Below are positions 60,365 to 64,000 of a stretch of 64,000 bases of DNA, in pieces. The stretch is from an uncultured Chryseobacterium sp. (lineage in GTDB: Bacteria > Bacteroidota > Bacteroidia > UBA10329): contig CAZCNS010000012.1 of the NCBI GenBank assembly GCA_964500205.1, forward strand, positions 5,626 through 69,625, written 5' to 3'. Both the position numbers and the translations under genes were made by a program. Under the pieces are notes generated by a model, which did no database searches, was not told the DNA's origin, and was given only the letters and a program-made list of their open reading frames with translations. Numbering within the stretch: position 1 is the stretch's first letter; each line of letters opens with the position of its first letter.

Positions 60365-61048
60365 CCGCCCGCGCGAGGCTGCGCCTCGTGCGTACTATTC
60401 GGAACCGTCCTCGGTTCCAAATCCCAATAGCCGTATTTTCACGCCATGTCCACACGCTACAAGACATGGCCAGGCCAGCTTTACTACACTACCACAACGG
60501 TGGTCGGTTGGATAGACGTTTTCACACGGCAACAGTATGTGGACATCCTTTATGACAGCATCCGCTATTGCCAGCAGCACAAAGAGTTGGAACTGTACGC
60601 CTATGTCATCATGCCCAATCACTTCCACCTCATCTGCCGCACACAGGAGAATGCGCTCAACTTTGTGATGCGCGACCTCAAGAGCTTCACGGCCCGCACC
60701 ATTGTCAAGACCGTGGACACCAACCTGCATGAAAGCCGCAGGGAATGGCTCATGCACATGTTCAGATACTATGGCCGTGGCAGTGCCAACAACAGGGACT
60801 ATCAGTTCTGGCAGCACGGCAATCATCCCATCGAACTGCGCAGCAATGCGGTTTTCTGGCAGAAACTGCGCTACCTGCACAATAACCCCGTGAAGGCAGG
60901 CATCGTTACCGAGCCGCATCATTACCTTCACAGCAGTGCCCACCCCGACCGGAGACTTGATGTACTTGACATTGTTTGAAATGATGAATAAAATGCTGAC
61001 GAGGACGTCAGCCAATAGAACGCACGAGGCGCAGCCTCGCGCGGGCGG
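60365..61048 (+). mobile_element. REP-flanked Y1/HUH transposase (RAYT-like) unit, copy 1
   Basis: Perfect 28-bp terminal inverted repeats: CCGCCCGCGCGAGGCTGCGCCTCGTGCG at 60365-60392 and its reverse complement at 61021-61048. Each is itself hairpin-forming. Inner hairpins GGAACCG-tcct-CGGTTCC (60401-60418) and GCTGACG-agga-CGTCAGC (60995-61012). Confidence 0.8.
60446..60979 (+). CDS. IS200/IS605-type Y1 (HUH) transposase, RAYT-like
   Basis: HUH motif in YVIMPNHFHLI. Catalytic Tyr context KLRYLHNNPVKAG. 177 aa. Confidence 0.9.
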   Translation: MSTRYKTWPGQLYYTTTTVVGWIDVFTRQQYVDILYDSIRYCQQHKELELYAYVIMPNHFHLICRTQENALNFVMRDLKSFTARTIVKTVDTNLHESRREWLMHMFRYYGRGSANNRDYQFWQHGNHPIELRSNAVFWQKLRYLHNNPVKAGIVTEPHHYLHSSAHPDRRLDVLDIV

Positions 61049-61106
61049 ATTCTTCAGTGTATCAAATTTATCAATGGAATCAGCCGCTGCATTAAAGTTA
61101 AGTGAA

Positions 61107-61574
61107 ATGAACACTTACAAATTGACTTCATGGTCAGTCGTAATTATACTGATTGCAATTTACAGTTGCAATCCGCCTGAAACCATGCGTATTAGCCATC
61201 AAAATGCAATTGGCACGTACGTGTGTAATGCGAGGCACGGAGTAGAAATCCTTGTGTTAGAACAGGACTCAACATATATTTATGAAATTAGAGATATTAA
61301 TGGCGAGTACTATATTTTCGATGGAAGGTGGTGCGGCCCAGTCAAATACACCAGATCGAATGTCCCCGGACTCGCCTTTGTATTTTATGAATGGCCGATA
61401 GACTACATGCTATATCAAAAATCATTTTCTGACTATGAAGAGAATCGTAGGAAAGGAAGAAAGATAGATTACCAAATCCAGATGGTTATCAAGCGAGTGG
61501 ATTCAGAGTGGACATATGTACTTGAAAGAAGCCCTGAATTTACAGGTACTGATTTTATAAAGCAACGACAATAA
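61107..61574 (+). CDS. AT-rich orphan lipoprotein
   Basis: MNTYKLTSWSVVIILIAIYSC lipobox. Composition is much more AT-rich than the backbone. No recognisable family. Confidence 0.45.
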   Translation: MNTYKLTSWSVVIILIAIYSCNPPETMRISHQNAIGTYVCNARHGVEILVLEQDSTYIYEIRDINGEYYIFDGRWCGPVKYTRSNVPGLAFVFYEWPIDYMLYQKSFSDYEENRRKGRKIDYQIQMVIKRVDSEWTYVLERSPEFTGTDFIKQRQ

Positions 61575-61617
61575 TCGTGTTTCGGATTAAATATTTATTG
61601 CGTGCCAAGCCAAAGGT

Positions 61618-61778
61618 GATGGCGCAAGTTTGAAACTTGTGTCGGTGGTTTTTGCTCGGAGATTGTGAAAAATAAAGTTGGTAAATGCTTTTGATACCAT
61701 TTAAATGTCTTAATGCCGCATGGGTATTCCCTTGAGGTATCATGCCGTTATAGGTTTCAACGAGCGTGAAACGCGACA
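61618..61778 (+). repeat. ~161-bp hairpin-rich repeat R, copy 1
   Basis: About 95% identical to 63028-63188. Contains GGCGCAAGTT-tga-AACTTGTGTC (with G:T pairs), GCATGgGTAT...GTATCATGC and GTTTCA-acgagcg-TGAAAC hairpins. It ends exactly at the left REP of RAYT copy 2. Confidence 0.8.
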
Positions 61779-61780
61779 CC

Positions 61781-62485
61781 CCGCCCGCGCGAGGCTGCGC
61801 CTCGTGCGTACTATTCGGAACCGTCCTCGGTTCCAAATCCCAATAGCCGTATTTTCACGCCATGTCCACACGCTACAAGACATGGCCAGGCCAGCTTTAC
61901 TACACTACCACAACGGTGGTCGGTTGGATAGACGTTTTCACACGGCAACAGTATGTGGACATCCTTTATGACAGCATCCGCTATTGCCAGCAGCACAAAG
62001 AGTTGGAACTGTACGCCTATGTCATCATGCCCAATCACTTCCACCTCATCTGCCGCACACAGGAGAATGCGCTCAACTTTGTGATGCGCGACCTCAAGAG
62101 CTTCACGGCCCGCACCATTGTCAAGACCGTGGACACCAACCTGCATGAAAGCCGCAGGGAATGGCTCATGCACATGTTCAGATACTATGGCCGTGGCAGT
62201 GCCAACAACAGGGACTATCAGTTCTGGCAGCACGGCAATCATCCCATCGAACTGCGCAGCAATGCGGTTTTCTGGCAGAAACTGCGCTACCTGCACAATA
62301 ACCCCGTGAAGGCAGGCATCGTTACCGAGCCGCATCATTACCTTCACAGCAGTGCCCACCCCGACCGGAGACTTGATGTACTTGACATTGTTTGAAATGA
62401 TGAATAAAATGCTGACGAGGACGTCAGCCAATAGAACGCACTGCCTGCCCCGCAAAAGCGGGGAGGCGCAGCCTCGCGCGGGCGG
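61781..62485 (+). mobile_element. REP-flanked RAYT-like unit, copy 2; right REP interrupted by a 21-nt nested hairpin
   Basis: Left TIR at 61781-61808 is identical to copy 1. Right TIR is split: CGCAC (62437-62441), a 21-nt insert (62442-62462), then GAGGCGCAGCCTCGCGCGGGCGG (62463-62485). Confidence 0.8.
61862..62395 (+). CDS. IS200/IS605-type Y1 (HUH) transposase, RAYT-like, copy 2
   Basis: Translation is identical to 60446-60979. Confidence 0.9.
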   Translation: MSTRYKTWPGQLYYTTTTVVGWIDVFTRQQYVDILYDSIRYCQQHKELELYAYVIMPNHFHLICRTQENALNFVMRDLKSFTARTIVKTVDTNLHESRREWLMHMFRYYGRGSANNRDYQFWQHGNHPIELRSNAVFWQKLRYLHNNPVKAGIVTEPHHYLHSSAHPDRRLDVLDIV

Positions 62486-62560
62486 ACCGCTCATTCTTCC
62501 TATTGCACCCCCAGTTAGTACTCACGTGTTTATGCCCGTATTAATGATAAATAAAAAGTA

Positions 62561-62974
62561 ATGATGAAAAAGTTCACATTTAACAATAAGAGATCAAGTA
62601 TTACACATACATTAATGAATATAATGGTTGCAGTATTTGCTAGTACACTCATGTTTGATGTAGAATTTGTTGTCGACAAGTATTTGTTGTTTTTATCATC
62701 TGCAATTTGCGTATTTATTTACACGATATTTTTGATTAATGAATCGAATAAGACTATTAAAGAAATTATACTGGATGAAAAAACAGCTGTATTTACTTTC
62801 TTTAATAAAAAGAAAAAAAAATACCCGATTGAAAGAAAAGAACTACAAATAAAGATAGAAAGCGGAAAAATCGCATTGTCCCACAAAACGAGAAGTGACT
62901 TTAATGGGGTGGCTTATAGGAAAATGATGGACAACCCTTCTGAATGGGATGACTTGGTTAGCAGCATTCAGTGA
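62561..62974 (+). CDS. Very AT-rich orphan membrane protein
   Basis: Two predicted TM helices (IMVAVFASTLMF; LLFLSSAICVFIYTIFLI). The first 60 nt contain only 14 G+C. No recognisable family. Confidence 0.4.
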   Translation: MMKKFTFNNKRSSITHTLMNIMVAVFASTLMFDVEFVVDKYLLFLSSAICVFIYTIFLINESNKTIKEIILDEKTAVFTFFNKKKKKYPIERKELQIKIESGKIALSHKTRSDFNGVAYRKMMDNPSEWDDLVSSIQ

Positions 62975-62976
62975 GG

Positions 62977-63188
62977 GGCTTTAGCGATGGCGCAAGTTTG
63001 CAACTTGTGCCCGTGGTTGGCTTTAGCGATGGCGCAAGTTTGAAGCTTGTGTCCTTGGTTTTTGCTCGGAGATTGTGAAAAATAAAGTTGGCAAACGCTT
63101 TTGACACCATTTAAATATCTTAATGCCGCATGGGTATTCCCTTGAGGTATCATGCCGTTATAGGTTTCAACGAGCGTGAAACGCGACA
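62977..63188 (+). repeat. Repeat R, copy 2, with an internal 42-bp tandem duplication of the first hairpin
   Basis: GGCTTTAGCGATGGCGCAAGTTTG(C/A)A(A/G)CTTGTG..GGTT occurs at 62977-63018 and again at 63019-63060. The core 63028-63188 aligns with 61618-61778. Confidence 0.8.
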
Positions 63189-63351
63189 TTTGAAACCATA
63201 AACGGTATGAGAAGGACGCTGCTGAAAGATCTCCAAAGTGTTCGACTTGTCGCAGTGATCAATCTGCAATCGATATTGTGCAACCGATCGGCCTGATGCG
63301 GGTAGCTTCCCACGCGTGCGGGACTTTTTGCAGTAATCACCATGGGGACGG

Positions 63352-63619
63352 TCACTTCCCCTTCCGCATCCCCTCCGCCAGCCGCACCAGTTCTGCGATC
63401 TGTTCCGGGGCCAGTCCCTCCAGCATGTCATCCGTCCGCAACTCCTCCACCTCGTTCAGCCCGTTCAGATGGCTCCTTCCGCTCCCATCATAGGCGAACA
63501 GCTCGTTCGGATAGACATCGAACAGCTCGCATAGCCGCGTCATGATGCTGAAGCGCACCATCCGCAGCCGAGGGTTCAGGATGCTTCGCGCCTCGTCCCT
63601 CGTGAATCCGTGCGTCACC
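63352..63619 (-). pseudogene. 5'-truncated XRE-family HTH gene, cut by RAYT unit 3
   Basis: Only the distal HTH part remains (ILNPRLRMVRFSIMTRLCELFDVYPNELF) plus a C-terminal tail. The apparent N-terminus MEPRTVPNSTHEAQPRAGG is REP sequence read in reverse. Confidence 0.55.
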
Positions 63620-64000
63620 CCGCCCGCGCGAGGCTGTGCCTCGTGCGTACTATTCGGAACCGTCCTCGGTTCCAAATCCCAATAGCCGTATTTTCACGCC
63701 ATGTCCACACGCTACAAGACATGGCCAGGCCAGCTTTACTACACTACCACAACGGTGGTCGGTTGGATAGACGTTTTCACACGGCAACAGTATGTGGACA
63801 TCCTTTATGACAGCATCCGCTATTGCCAGCAGCACAAAGAGTTGGAACTGTACGCCTATGTCATCATGCCCAATCACTTCCACCTCATCTGCCGCACACA
63901 GGAGAATGCGCTCAACTTTGTGATGCGCGACCTCAAGAGCTTCACGGCCCGCACCATTGTCAAGACCGTGGACACCAACCTGCATGAAAGCCGCAGGGAA
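63620..64000 (+). mobile_element. REP-flanked RAYT-like unit, copy 3 (runs off the window)
   Basis: Left TIR at 63620-63647 has one substitution (CTGTGCC). The same 83-nt leader precedes the ATG. Confidence 0.8.
63701..64000 (+). CDS. IS200/IS605-type Y1 (HUH) transposase, RAYT-like, copy 3 (3' partial)
   Basis: The first 100 codons are identical to the other two copies. Confidence 0.9.
   Translation, partial: MSTRYKTWPGQLYYTTTTVVGWIDVFTRQQYVDILYDSIRYCQQHKELELYAYVIMPNHFHLICRTQENALNFVMRDLKSFTARTIVKTVDTNLHESRRE

Noticed and set aside
60127-60420. ORFs starting MEPRTVPNSTHEAQPRAGG (also 61555..61836 and 63352..63675), and + strand ORFs containing RARLRLVRTIRNRPRFQIPIAVF
   Set aside because: The shared peptides are translations of the REP and leader repeat itself on either strand, so they are not genes. 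Only the distal part of 63352..63675 is real coding sequence (the XRE relic).
60395-61114. 239-aa and 227-aa (61811..62494) ORFs antisense to the RAYT genes
   Set aside because: They lie opposite a CDS with clear HUH and Tyr motifs. They have no motifs of their own and extend into REP sequence.
1-64000. Search by eye for tRNA, rRNA, tmRNA, riboswitch (TPP, FMN upstream of ribH, purine upstream of purK) and group II intron signatures, including in repeat R
   Set aside because: No cloverleaf-type or conserved riboswitch core sequences were recognised in the intergenic regions. The hairpins of repeat R do not match the group II intron domain V consensus. A covariance-model scan (Rfam/tRNAscan) would be needed to be sure.

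Overview
This window looks like a Bacteroidota chromosome segment. The evidence is T9SS C-terminal sorting domains, many Cys-lipoprotein signal peptides, a Na+-NQR operon, a DUF5686-type protein, and a TAnnTTTG-type -7 box. By eye it is moderately GC-rich, and no tRNA, rRNA or CRISPR array was recognised. Most of it is a housekeeping backbone. Left to right: hemL (5' truncated), ribH, a di-haem cytochrome c peroxidase, lhgO, obg-adk-hpt, purK-purE, and a MarR plus beta-oxidation operon (HADH/ECH, thiolase, acyl-CoA dehydrogenase). These are followed by single-chain pyruvate carboxylase, nqrABCDEF, carB, an S8/T9SS peptidase, a Wzz-Wzz-O-antigen-ligase surface-polysaccharide block, tatC, a ThDP enzyme, lptB, a glycosyltransferase, a WD40 protein and hisD. 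Five parts deserve a second look. (1) A 336-bp array of phased 21-bp dyad-symmetric units (GGGACT-N3-AGTCCC) has a 147-bp higher-order period. It sits between carB and the nqr operon and is bracketed by a duplicated carB 3' end. (2) A second, analogous duplication of the pyc 3' end brackets an ~850-bp islet carrying an orphan HigA-like HTH gene and an IS3 OrfA fragment. (3) The last 3.7 kb holds three identical REP-flanked Y1/HUH (RAYT-like) transposase units. They are interleaved with AT-rich orphan ORFs, each followed by a ~160-bp hairpin-rich repeat. (4) An exported lipoprotein / DUF1501-like / PSCyt-like cluster (7.0-13.2 kb) is split by a YhcG-nuclease islet. (5) Two identical-architecture palindromes lie upstream of the MarR gene. 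All functional calls rest on motif recognition by eye. No database search was possible.
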